Shown piece after piece: positions 12,288 through 24,369 of a stretch of DNA of 64,000 bases (positions within the stretch are counted from its first letter, which is position 1; each line of letters opens with the position of its first letter). The notes under the pieces are model-generated. The model saw only the letters and a list, made by a program, of their open reading frames with translations, searched no databases and was not told the DNA's origin. The position numbers and the translations under genes are program-made. Source of the stretch: Vicugna vicugna (lineage: Eukaryota); assembly GCA_013265495.1 (NCBI GenBank), contig MU058844.1, positions 10,128,184-10,192,183 on the forward strand, read 5' to 3'.

Positions 12288-14118
12288 TTATTTCTCCAAA
12301 TTTAAATAAACAAGTTATTTTTCTATCTGTATTACTTCTTCTCCCCCATTTGTCTCCATTTAAGCAAATGAGACAAAAGATAATTTGTTCTTATTAGATA
12401 TTCAATATTTTAAAATGTATTTTCAAAAAACAGTGACTTGCTGATATTTCTCATAGCAGAAGTATAAATGAACTCCCCTCTAGGGAGTCACATAGCTGTC
12501 TCTTTGTTTAGGTGATTTTAGATTTCCTATTTAGGCAGGGCCCTGATCTAGAAGATACAACTTCTTGTAATCCTGTTCTGATACACAGCACAAGGGATGG
12601 AGCTATTAAGACTGTTTCCTCCTCTTGCATGAACCCATCTATCTGTAGGATGAGGACCCAGTTAGTGGAAGTTCACTTTAAGAGACAGCTGCGAATTCCT
12701 TCTTCAACACATATCTATAGTACCAAAACTTTTCAGCTGTACACCATCTCCCTTATGGTTGCTTTCTAAGACAAAAGAAAAGCTTTGCTAAGTTATCTAA
12801 GTTTGTAGGTATTTGATTTATCATCTTAGAGTACTAACTTTGAAAACAATTTAAAATCATCTGAAGATTTAAAAAGAAAAGAAGTTGATAAGTTACTGAT
12901 ATAATTACTAAATTGCATCTTAGGAATTTTAATGTCACATGTTCTAATGGGAAAAAAAAGCATGTTTGAGAACTAAAAAGATTAACTGAGAACTGAAAAT
13001 GGAGGCAGGTATTTTTAGGAATCTTTTGTAGTGTTTTAATGTCAGCTTAAGAAACAAAGTAAAATGTTTGTTTCTCATGTTGCTAGGCAACATTCTGGGT
13101 TTGATTTGGTTTCCAGTCATTTTAAATAACAGTGCCATGATTATAACAATAATAAACAGCATCACCTCTTTCTCAATTTAATATTAAGATACTTAAGAAC
13201 AGTTAGCTTTAGTGAAGTCATTATTACCTAACAGGCGTTTTTTCATTGTTTTCCATATCCTTATTTTAGAATCCTGGAACCACATACTGTACTCTCTAAA
13301 GAATAACTTGCATTCCAACTGTGCATTAGGCTGTATTTCTATTTCAGATTAGAAATCCGCATAAAATTTAAGATACTGAACTTTGTAACCTGTTCTCTGA
13401 GTTTCTATGCACTCTTATTATCATAACCCTGAATCATCAACTATTCTCTTTTTAAGAAGGCAAGGGAGCAGAATGCACCTGAGAGAGATTTGTGCTCAAA
13501 ATAGTTGAAATGTTGCTACAGAAGGGGGATAAACTTCAGACATTTGAAAACAAACAAAAAATCCCACTTACATAAAAGCATAATGCTCCAACCAAGTGAG
13601 AGGTATTAGTTGTCCCTATTGATGTGTTTTTGTGAGTTTTTAACACAGATGATATTTTTTGTTCTCTTCTAACTATAATGTACCTTTTAATTATTTTTTA
13701 AAAGTTGGACACTGCAAAGGAGGACAAAATGAAAAGTAACATCCCTTTTCCTACCTCCTTCTACAGTTTAGTCGTACTCTTCAGGAACAATCACTACCAA
13801 CATGTTCTTGTGAATACACATGTTTTTAAATTCTGCTTGGAAACTGATGTTTTAGATTTTGACACCCAACTCAACACAATGTTACCACCCAACCAAAAGT
13901 TTGTTTTTTTAAAAAAAAAAAAAGAAAGAAAAGAGCAATTTTTTCCAGCAAAAAACTACATCCCTGTAACAACCCAAACCTCTCCCTTCTGGCTCTTCTC
14001 CCACGGTACCTCTTTCTTTCCGTTCCATTTCGGGACAGCATGCACACTCGGTCCAAGGACTCAACTAACTACCCATATTGGATGGGAATTCTAGGCATAC
14101 ACTTTTAAAAGGTTAATG

Positions 14119-14363
14119 TTCGGGATTTTCAGATATTAACTACTATATCTAAAATAGATAAGCAACAAGTTCATACTGTGTAGCACAGGGAACTATACTC
14201 AATACCCTATAATAACCTATAATGAAAAAGAATATGAAAAGGAATATATATGTATAACTGAATCACTATGCTGTACACCAGGAACTAACACAACATGTAA
14301 ATCAACTCTACTTCAATAAAAAATAAAAAATTTTTTTAAATCCATACATTCAAAAAAAAAAAA
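14119..14363 (+). mobile_element. 5'-truncated L1 3' UTR, cetartiodactyl type
   Basis: tagcacagggaactatactcaata...cttcaataaaaaa; degenerate TSD aaaaggttaatgtt / aaaaaattaacgtt. Confidence 0.9.
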
Positions 14364-14784
14364 TTAACGTTGCTAAAGCAGTTTCCCAGTACTTAGCTTG
14401 GTCTAAGTTTAAAGTACCAAACAAGCTCTCCCGGTTTCCCTTCTGTCTTCCTCTCTCTCTCCCCTTCTCTTTCACCTCCTTCTCTCCCCTCCCCCATGAT
14501 TTCTTTATTAACTTTCTTTGTTTTTATTATTTATTCTCATTTGTACTTCACATAAAAGGCTGGAGGTCTGGAATGATCTCGGCCCCTTACAGGAAATCCA
14601 TTTTAGGTATACATGTAAACAGAAGCTACACTAAGAAATTACAGTTGAGAGCCCTTATCTCTCTCTCTCTCACATACACACACCCCCCCACACATTTGGA
14701 ACCTCTGCCATAAGCTGTTTTTCCAAACCACTCCTCTGCCACCACACTCTGGATTAAAGCCATCCTGGGTATTCAGTTTACTGC

Positions 14785-15361
14785 TTGTCATCAACGCTTT
14801 TTAAGGTGCCTGCCCAGCTCGTGCCCTCTTCTGAGAGCTGCCTCCTCCAGATACGGTCCCAGCTGTTACATCACACGACCTCATTCCTCCTTGGCCAACA
14901 GCTGATTGGGTCAGGGTGGACATCTGACCCTTGTGCTGGTCCCATCAGACCCTATCACTTGAGAAACTGAACTAAGAGCCCAGGAACTGGGAGTCAGCTC
15001 AAGCTCAAAAGATGCCGTAGTGTTAGGAACGAGAGTGGCCATTTGGGTGTAATTGTGCTGATGGGGAAGCAGAAAGAACCAGATTTCAGGGAGAAGAGAG
15101 CAAAATAACAGATTCAGAAACATGCACAGGCATGAGACCGTATGACCAGAGAAAGCAAAAACAAGACCAAGAATATAAGAGAGAACAAATCTTTCTTAAT
15201 TACTGACATCTTTCCATTTCTTCATAAAGCAGCAGATGTATTTTCTGATCCTGAATCCTTTAAGACATCCCGGAATTCTTATAATAAGTTCACATTGCTT
15301 TAAGCTAGCTTGACTGGGCTTCTAAGTTTTACAACCAAAAAAAAGAAGTCCCTGATTATAA
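14785..15361 (+). mobile_element. MLT1-type MaLR LTR
   Basis: gattgggtcagggtggacatctgaccc...; end ttaagctagcttgactgggcttct...acaacc...gtccctgattata. Confidence 0.65.
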
Positions 15362-16699
15362 TCTCTCTTACTCTCTTATGTTCTCTCTCTCTCTCTCTTT
15401 CTTTTCTTCCTTGGTTTTTCCTAATCAAAAGCATAATGCCATCTGGATATTTTCTCTTAATTTCTGAATCGTGCCCAGAAACCGCATGGCAGATAGTCAA
15501 TAAATGTCGGTAGATCTTCGTAGCATCAGGAACACACACAATAGGGTCAACTGCACAATTCAGTATAAGCCTATGTTTTGAGGGGGTAATGCTGAGGCAC
15601 TGCATCAGGCACTGTATAGTCATCAACTCTTTTCTTAAAGCAAACATTCAAGATGAGAGTTACAGGTTCCTCTTATAGATGACAAAATAGGAGCCTGAGA
15701 ACAATATAGAATAATGCTACTCCCAAACACATGGCTAAAATGCTAAAGAATTAGAGTTGCAGCCCCAATTTACCCAGTGCCCAGTAAACTCTCTACTACA
15801 TTAAACCTATATGCTCCATATACTTTGTTTTTCAATACAATACATAGACTTAAAGAAGCCCAATCCCTCACTGGAATCCTCACCAAAAAATGAAAAAGAG
15901 ATGATGAAAGCAAGAAGTCTTAAGCCTTCCTGGAGCCAAAGAAGCAATGTTGCAACACAACAACAAAATGAAGGAATGAATGAGTTCTGTGCAGAGAAAA
16001 GCACATTAAGAAAATGGACGGGTCTTTGCTTCCACCTTAGTACCGAGGCAGAAGAGAGAAATTTCTCCCACTTCATTAGCAAATCAGAGAATATGCAGAA
16101 CAAGGAGGGTGGGCAAGTTGACATGCACCTCAGCCATCCTCAGCAGAAGGAGCAATGGTTACAGATGTTTCACAGATCCCACTGGACTCTGAAAGCTTCA
16201 AGAGGGCAGGAGCCCTATGCTGCAGCATGTGGCACGTATCAGGAGCTCAGTTAATCGTACTGGATGAGTGAATTCTGACCTCTGTAAGTTTCAGCAACTG
16301 CACAGGTGCTGATAGTCCTAAGTAGGAAGAGAGCTGCAGAAATACAGCTGATGCTGATGGCAACTGAAAGGATGAAATCTGAGCAAGTGCTGATGGAAAG
16401 ATTGATAGATAATCCTCTGTAAAAAGGGCAGAGGTGAGGATGTCCTCAACAATGCAGAGTAACCATTTGGACACAAACAAGAATGGAAGAAGAATTAGCA
16501 TAGAACACAGGAGAATCAGTGAATGACAGAGAATCAGGGGAATATATTTAGAATAGAATACAGAAGAAAAAAATTAATAAATTTTCCTTAGTGACACTTC
16601 CAGAAGAAGTTTGCTAGTATTCTAGGGGAAAGGGTTGGAAGTTAAAGCTGTGAATACACAATATATCATACAATAATAATAATGATAGTATATAATAAT

Positions 16700-16960
16700 A
16701 ATAATATAACAATCTGGCTAAATTTTATCAAGGACTTACAAAAGTACTTTAAGTGAATTCATTCATTCAAACTTTGAATAATGACAACGACCCTATGAAG
16801 TGGCTACTATTCTTAATTCCGTTTTTGCAGACAAAGAAACAGAAAGTCAAAGAGGCAAAGTAATTTCCTCAAGATGAAAAAGCTTGTAAGTGATAAAACC
16901 AAGTTTCTAGCCCCAAGCTATATAGGACATTAGGGTCCATTTTCATAACCACTGAATCCA
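16700..16960 (-). mobile_element. MIR SINE
   Basis: accctatgaagtggctactatt...ttttgcagacaaagaaacaga...taaccact. Confidence 0.75.
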
Positions 16961-17214
16961 ACCACCCTTGGTCAATGTAAACTGTACAAAATATATTCTT
17001 CAGTGTGGTTTCAGTCATTCTCACCCCATTGTACTGAGTTTAAAAGAGTGAACCCCTTTCTGGCACTGCTATCCATTATATCTGGTCCAAGTCAGCTCCA
17101 CTGGACATTTGTAGAGACTGATGTAGTGGCCAGATCTTCTATCCATTCCCTGCCTTTAACCACTCAGAATTTGTCCCTCATCAAGGAAAGAAAAAGTTTT
17201 TTTCTTTTTCTTTT

Positions 17215-17365
17215 ATTTTGTATCTATATGAGATGACAGATGTTAACTAAACTCAGTGTGATAATCATTTCATGATATGTGTAAGTCAGAACATTATGCA
17301 GTACACCTTAAACGTATACAGTGCTCTAGGTCAATTACATCTCAATAAAACTGGAAGAAAAAGAA
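17215..17365 (+). mobile_element. Old L1 (L1MB/MC-like) 3' end
   Basis: tacaccttaaacgtatacagtgc...caattacatctcaataaaactggaagaaaaa. Confidence 0.75.
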
Positions 17366-17447
17366 GTCTATGTTAAAAAAAAAAACTTGCCCTTCATCCA
17401 TGACAACAGGACCTAAATATAAATAAGTCAAAGTCATTGCTTTTAAA

Positions 17448-17799
17448 CAAGGACCTACTGTAAGCACAGGGAACTATATTTAATTTCTTATAATGTAGAG
17501 TGGGAGGGTCTAGCTCAGTAGTAGAGTACATACTTAGCATGCACCCGGTCCTGGGTTCATTCCCCAGTACCTCCATTAAATAAACAAATAAATTAATTAA
17601 TTAACCTAATTATCCCCTCAAAATAATTTATTGTGATGAGCTGTAATTAAAAAGAATCTGAAAAAAATATATATGCATGTATATGTATAACCGAATCACT
17701 TTGCTGTACACCTGAAACTAACATTGTAAATAGACTACACTTCAATAAAAAAAAAGATTTTTTTTTAAAAAAAAATTTTTCCTAAAAAAAAAAAAAGAT
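17448..17799 (+). mobile_element. 5'-truncated L1 3' UTR with exact 15-bp TSD, interrupted by a SINE
   Basis: TSD gtcattgcttttaaa at 17433-17447 and 17800-17814; L1 motif caaggacctactgtaagcacagggaactatatt. Confidence 0.92.
17502..17624 (+). mobile_element. tRNA-Ala(AGC)-derived SINE, Vic-1-like (camelid)
   Basis: gggagggtctagctcagtagtagagtacatacttagcatgcacccggtcctgggttcattccccagtacctcca has A box, ttAGCat anticodon loop and B box, then an AT-rich tail; degenerate TSD aatttcttataatg (17482-17495) / aatttattgtgatg (17625-17638). Confidence 0.88.
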
Positions 17800-18309
17800 G
17801 TCATTGCTTTTAAAGAAACTTTAAAATTATTCTAGGCCTCCTTCTGGTCTTTTCTCATTGGCAATGATTACTATACCTCATTTTCAATTCATGCTAGTTT
17901 AAAGCCTTCTAGGCTCAGGGATTTAAAAAGATAGATAGATAGATAACAACCTGTCCAGTGTTTGGACTATCTTCTTAGCCTTGGCTGCTGAAATTTTCCA
18001 TGGATTTAAGTTAGTAGTTAAATTTCAATTCTATGCATTCTTCTAGTTTTGTTATAATTATGAACTTTGTGTGTTTCACTTGATTTGGTTTGGTTTCATT
18101 TTTCCATACTTCCTGTTCACATATTACTTTCTCCCAGCAGGCGGCAGTTTAGGCAGTTTGGAACAAAGAATAACAGAACTATCAACATTTTTCACTTTTG
18201 AATTTCTAGGACCTGAGCTACATAACTTCAAAAGTAGCTAAATAAAGAGCTCAGGGCATAAATATATGCTATAAATAATATCTTTGTGAGATCTTGTTAT
18301 CAGTTAGAG

Positions 18310-19550
18310 GCAGTGTTTATGGCTCTCTTTGAAAATCAGCTCTAAGAAAGATAATGACTCCAAGATGGAAGAGAAGAATGTGGATTCTGGGATTCTCTAC
18401 AGGAGTCCTGTGTTCTGACTTTTCCCACAGACCAAATCCAGGACTAGGGCAGGAGAGTGGGGAGACGGAGAATGGGACAGGTTTGGCATTCCCTTTCTCA
18501 GAAGATACACAAGAAAAGGGGGAGATGCTGAGATTCCAGAGCTCAGTAAATTGCAGGACCTGTAGAGTAGTACCAGAGAAAGGCTGACAACTCATAGGGA
18601 TCTGATAGCCTGCAGAGGGGACAACTAGCAACCAGAGGTTTCTCCTTCTATGAGACTACGAGCAAGAGCAGCAGCAACCTGCAAGGACTGATGAACAGGA
18701 CCAGATAATGTCCATCTCAGCAGCTTCCTAGGTGAATTGGTCAAAACAATCCAGGCAAGATGTAAAATCTTCACACCACTGCGTTGATACTGTGTAAAGT
18801 GTGCTGGGAATTGGTCACAAGCTTGGGGAAAGGGATGGTGAAACCCTGAACTGACTGAGGTGATGCTTCAAACACTCTGTGTACTAGCGCTTAAAATGGA
18901 TGCTAATTTCAATCACAGAAAAATTATACAAGTTATGTTTTTTTTTGAAGATTGTTCCTATTTGGCTTTTATTTTATTTTATTGAAGTATAGTTGGTTTA
19001 CAATGTGTTAATTTCTGGTGTACAGCATAGTGATTCAGTTATACATATATATATATTCCTTTCCATATTCTTTTTCCTTGTAGGCTATTACAAGATACTC
19101 TATATAGTTCCCTGTGCTATACGGTAAGACCTTGTTGTTTATCTATTTCATATGTAGTAGTTAGTATCTACAAGTCCTGAACTCCCAATTTATCCCCCCC
19201 ACCTCCTTTCCCCCTGGTAACCATAAGTTTCTTTTCTATATCTATGAGTCTGTTTCTATTTTATAAATAAGTTTATTTGTGTCATTTTTTTAGATTCCAC
19301 ACATAAGTGATATCATACGGTTTTTTTCTTTCTCTTTCTGGCTCACTTTACTTAGTATGACAATCTCTAGGTCCATCCATATTGCTGCAAATGGTATTAT
19401 TTCATTCTTTTTTATGGCTGAGTAGTATTCCATTGTGTATGTACTCCACAATTTCTTTATCCAATCATCTGTCAGTGGGCATTTAAGTTGCTTCCATGTA
19501 CAAGTTATGTTTCTTACCATGTATGTGTTTGTGAGTTGATACCACCACAC
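18310..19550 (+). mobile_element. Ancient LTR (possibly MamGyp-like) split by an L1
   Basis: aaccctgaactgactgag...aagttatgtttctt[L1]...gtgagttgataccaccaca; continuous across the L1 TSD. Family uncertain. Confidence 0.45.
18941..19498 (-). mobile_element. L1 3' end (ORF2 C-terminus plus 3' UTR) with 14-bp TSD
   Basis: TSD tacaagttatgttt at 18927-18940 and 19499-19512; ORF 19290..19550 reads WKQLKCPLTDDWIKKLW...MEYYSAIKKNE. Confidence 0.93.
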
Positions 19551-20307
19551 TGCTATAACTCAGCTTTTCATTTCACGCCTTTATGAACTGTGATTACTTT
19601 GGGGCACTATTCCTTCCACCCAGCTCTTGGATTTAATCAGCATCCAATGCTTTACCACAGTTCCAAGAGAAGCCAATCAATACTTTTAGTCTTAATTCTT
19701 TGAGTCTTCCTGATAATTTGGTATCCAGAAAAGGCTACCTATCTTGTACCAGCTTTAATATTAAGAATATGTTCTAAAGAAAAAAAAGAGAGAAATGAGC
19801 TTTTATTTAACTGCAAAACATCAAAAATATTTGCATATATCTGCATCTTGGAACTTTAGCCATTATTTGCATTTAAAGGTATAAGAAGGAATATATACAG
19901 AGAGTAAGAAAATTTTCTGTGATGACAAAGGTCAGAACTTTCTAAAAAATTGAAGATTTTTGTTTTTGTTTTTTAAGATTTATGTTTTGTAGATGTGTGG
20001 TACACCGAGACAAGAGAAAGGCCAGTTAAGGCAGCATTCTGGAAAAGGTTAGCTCAACTTACTACGTATAAGGTAGAATCAGAGCATGGGCATGCCTAGA
20101 GCAGGCCTGGGGGGATTAAGATGGCCTTGTTCAAAGCTGTGAGGGCAGGCTGGGTTACCAAAAGTCAGTGGATTATCTAAAATTGGAATTAAGATCAAAC
20201 ACACACACCAAATCCATGCTTCTAATCCACACACCAATGTAGGGGCCAACAGTGTGGTCCTACAAGAAGACAGGTTGACACAACCAGGAACTAAGAAAGA
20301 AATCATG

Positions 20308-20467
20308 CCAGTCAGACTGGATTAGGGCCCACTCTAAAGGCCCCATTTATTTTAATCATCTCTATAAAAGTCCCAACTCCAAATACAGTCACACTCTCAA
20401 GTACTGGAGGTGAGGGCTTCCACATATGAATTTGGTGGGGGGAAGGGACACAATTCAGCCTATAATA
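20308..20467 (-). mobile_element. MLT1A/B/C-type MaLR LTR fragment
   Basis: tggattagggcccactct...ctccaaatacagtcaca...catatgaatttgg...gacacaattcagcctataa. Confidence 0.8.
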
Positions 20468-22839
20468 CTCGTCTTCTCTAAAATTAGACTAATAGCAATA
20501 ACAAAAACAAAGGGAAAAAAGCATAGTCTGTTAAGAAAAAGATTTTTCTAAGGTTGATAAAGTATTTTAAGAAGCTGAACTGAATCTTTTGGATTGATGG
20601 TCTCCTATAGAAGACACAGAAACATTTTATTACATTATTTGACCTACAGAAGTCTGTGCAGAGGCCGAAGAATCCTTAGAACCACAGAATGCTTTCTATC
20701 TTGCAAACATCTGTATCATTTAATATTATGCTTACTTTGAATATTGTACATTATGGAATCCAGTACATGCTTATAATAGAAACTCCCCTTAGCTCTCTTT
20801 TGTCTTTCAGTCTGTTCTCTTACTCTATCATTCATGTTTGTCCTGAGTCCCAATTTCCAGGAGTGGGGACAACTTTTTCTAAAACATATGCACTCTCCTT
20901 AGGTACTAATGAAGGTTGATTGATAGAAAATGTACTCTTTATTTTTCCCTGCCTGCTCATCCATTTATCATTTCTTCAAGGCCAAATTCTTGTCAGTGAC
21001 CTCCCTCCAGGGGAGGGTGGCCCCAGGAAGAGGTTCCATGTCCCCAGAGAGGTCATGACCAGACCCTGGCACCCACATTCACTTTTCTACACTTTAGAAC
21101 AATGTACTGGTGCCCTGTGGCACCAGTATAGTCAAATCTTTGTTAGAAGACAGATTCATTCCGTGTGAAACCATTCACTGAAGATTAACATTTCACCTCT
21201 TTTTTCCCTCAAAAACTTTTCTTTCATTGCTTCTAATAGAAGAGCAGCTAATTATTTTTAAAATTCTTAATGCCTCACTCTGTGTTTCATGCTATTAAAT
21301 GACTATAATTTCTATCAGAAAACATACTAATATTGAAGAAAAAGTCAATTCATATAGTAAATGCAAAATTGTTTAAAATATAAATAAATAAAAGATATAC
21401 CAGGCATCTGACTTTCTACCCAGTGCATGGAAATTTAACTCTGTAATTCTCTGTAGTCCGTGCATTTCTAACAAACCATTTGATAAGCTTAACCCATGCT
21501 TCAGAAAAGTGGACTATGGCGGGGGGGTCTCATATTAATAAATTTGGGCATTGTCAACACTGCTGCAAAGGAATGATACTGTACATATTTAAGGCTAGTA
21601 TCCAAATATTCTGGAAAGCTGAACTACATAAATATAGAACAGCCTCACACTTTACACCAGTCACTACATAGTTGGGAAACTATGCATCAGTTAAACAAAG
21701 AAATTAAACACATAAGGCCTGCTACATTTAAATATTTAAGTGCCATATTTTAAACAAATCATATTATTGTAGGCCAGAGAATTTCCAAGGGAAAAAGTAA
21801 AGAGTAAATCTTTTATAGAACACCTTTTTCCTCTTGAGATTTTGTACTTCGCACAATAATGCTTTTCATTTCTGTACTTTCTCCAAATGTTTTCAACTTC
21901 TTAGAGGCTACATTGTTTTGTGAGAATAAACTGTAGGTTTTCCAAAGAGACTCTCTCTCCCACTCAGCTGCCCTGAGGGAGTTTGAGCCTCTGCACACAA
22001 CTTATTTTCATTTTCCTTACCCCAAAAATGATCAAATAAGGACAGTTTCCCCACCAACATTTCCAGGGCAAGAGGCTCTGACAAGGGCAAACTTTATCAC
22101 CACAAACATCTCTTCTCTTTCCTGCTCTGGCATGTCCAAAGAAAAAGATTATTTAACACACACCAACTGTGTTAGAATCTGGACTTCAACAATTAAATGA
22201 CAAAGATGCACATGGTATATATATAGTTTTAAGCCACTGGAAAGGGGATACATTGAGCATCTCTGGAAATCTGCCACTAACAATTGGGAAAGCTCAGCAA
22301 ATGCTACAGAATCAGTCTGATCTCTTTTCAGAATCTGATGGTTCTTATCACCAAAATAGACATTTGTTGGCTGCACAATTCTCAGCATCCTGGTTCAAAT
22401 AAGGATACTGCATATTACATATTCTTTACTATTTTGGAGTTGCCATGGCAGAGAAGAGGAAAGATATTTTTGTTGATGGAATGTCTCTTAACAGAGCTCC
22501 TTATTTTGGCCTTCCTGACTTTCTGACGCAGTTTTCAGATCTACTTTAAATACTTCCACGACTTTCTTTTTCTTTTTTAATTATTCGAAACAACAGGCTA
22601 GCATCCCAGAAAGAGTAGAAGATACAGTTCTAAACGTGCAAACAGGCAGATGATTAGAATTTAAAGATACGGGGTTCAGATAAAAAGAATGGATAATCTG
22701 TCAGAATTTTAATGAGCTCTTTTAGTTTTCAGTCCAAACTCCTCCTGGTCTTCTCTCAGCCACCCTTTCTTGCTTTCTTTCCATTAACTTTTGTCTTCTA
22801 GTGACTCATTGCTGCCTTAGCATTTTAAAACAGAATTAC

Positions 22840-23603
22840 TGTATCAGATTGGACAAGGTGATGCTGTAATTTGAAAGAGAGTCGTAGTGGCTTAAAATAA
22901 CCAGCATTCTTTTTTTTTTTTTCCACACACCGGATATCTTTCATGGATCATCTGGGGGCTTGGCTCCATGTTTTCTTCCCCTTGGGAATTTACAGAGTAG
23001 ATTTGATGGAGTAGTCTCCATCTAGAACAGGGGCCAATAAAGTGTGGCCTCTAGACCAGATCTGGCCTGCTGCCTGATTTTGTTTGACCCAGGAGCTAAG
23101 AATGGTTTTTACATTTTTAAGAGTTGAAATCATTTTTTTAAAGCATAATATTTTCTGGCATATGAAAATTGCATGAAATTTACATTTCAGTGTCCATCAA
23201 CGAAGTGTTACTGGGACATAGCCATACTCATTCATTTATGTATTGCCTATGGTTGTTTTCACACTACAGCAACAGAGTTGAGTAGTTGCAAGAAAGACCA
23301 TATGGCCCACAAACCCTAAAATATTTATTATCTGGTCCTTTACAGAAAAATTTTACCAAATCTTGAACTAGGGCATGACTGCTCCCCATGGCAGAGAGTA
23401 CTAAAGAAAGAATGGCAAATCAGGCACGGACTCTTAGGGCTTCCACCCAGAAGTGCCACACAGACTTCTGCTCACTTCTCATTGTTTAAAACAAATCACA
23501 GGTGTACAATGAATTCCAGCAAAGGAGTAAAGAAGTGGTATTCTACTCTCTGCCCAGGAGAACAAGCAAAAATAGTTTGATGATCAGTACTGATAACTAT
23601 CAC
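22840..23603 (-). mobile_element. MLT1-type LTR interrupted by a MER58-like element
   Basis: Start tgtatcagattgg...agtggcttaaaataacca; resumes after 23365 with cccagaagtgccacacagacttctgctcac and ends taactatcaca. Confidence 0.65.
23028..23365. mobile_element. MER58B-like hAT-Charlie MITE
   Basis: cagggg...gagctaagaatggtttttacatttttaa...aaaatatttattatctggtcctttacagaaaaa...cttg. Confidence 0.85.
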
Positions 23604-24369
23604 AGTAAAGAAAAAAATTAATTAGAAAATAATTAGTTACATGGTAAACAGATTCTCTGTTTTATAAATTATCTACTGGTTGTCCTAGAAAAGATGGCAA
23701 ATTAACAAGAACTTCTGGCTACCTCTCCTGAAACCAAACTCTGAAGATGCCATGGAAACGAGATGGAGGTTGAGGAATCTCAGAACTTTGCACCAAAAGT
23801 ATGGAAAGAAGCTCTTAGGGATAGAGGTCAAGGCCTGGTATAACTGGGAGAAGGGGACTGGGGATAAGACAGCAACCATGTACAGAAGACTGAGATGCAA
23901 CAACAGGGAAAAGACTGGTCAAGAGCTTTCTGATGGTGCCCACTTGTTTCCACAACACCACCCTAAAATGTCATTGCCCATCTCCTTGCCAGAGGAAAAC
24001 AGATCCAAACCAGAATCAACAGAATTGGAGAGAACATTATCAGGATAGCAACAGGAGCTCAGCTGGAGTTAGAATGAAAAGCTACAAGTATAGGCAGACT
24101 GGACTTCACCCTGGGCATTCCCTTCCCTCATTTCTTCACTCTTTTTCCTACCCTTTATCCCTACCTGTCAAAGTTTATAATTATAGCTAAGGAAGGCAGC
24201 TCCTTAAAAAGATCTACATGCCCAGGGAAGAGTCACTGGAATGGAACACCTGATGGGAGAAAGTGAGGGCAAAAGGACCACATGAATGAAAGTGGTCCAG
24301 CCCAGAGGTTCTCCACTCTGGGGATCATCTCTCCTCCCCTACTTGGAGGACTATAATCGAGGCCTTTAA

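Noticed and set aside
12640..12767. Minus-strand acceptor cttttcttttgtcttAG
   Set aside because: All three frames close within 20 codons and no clear donor follows
17502..17575. Functional tRNA-Ala gene
   Set aside because: Stem-breaking substitutions, AT-rich tail, TSD and position inside an L1 indicate a SINE
21823..21931. Minus-strand exon reading LFSQNNVASKKLKTFGESTEMKSIIVRSTKSQEEK
   Set aside because: Weak polypyrimidine tract and poor donor (GTGTTC); no recognised homology
22149..24190. Overlapping ORFs at 22149-22526 and 23685-24190
   Set aside because: No convincing splice sites or protein features; the second block sits just before old L1 sequence and may be L1 5' region
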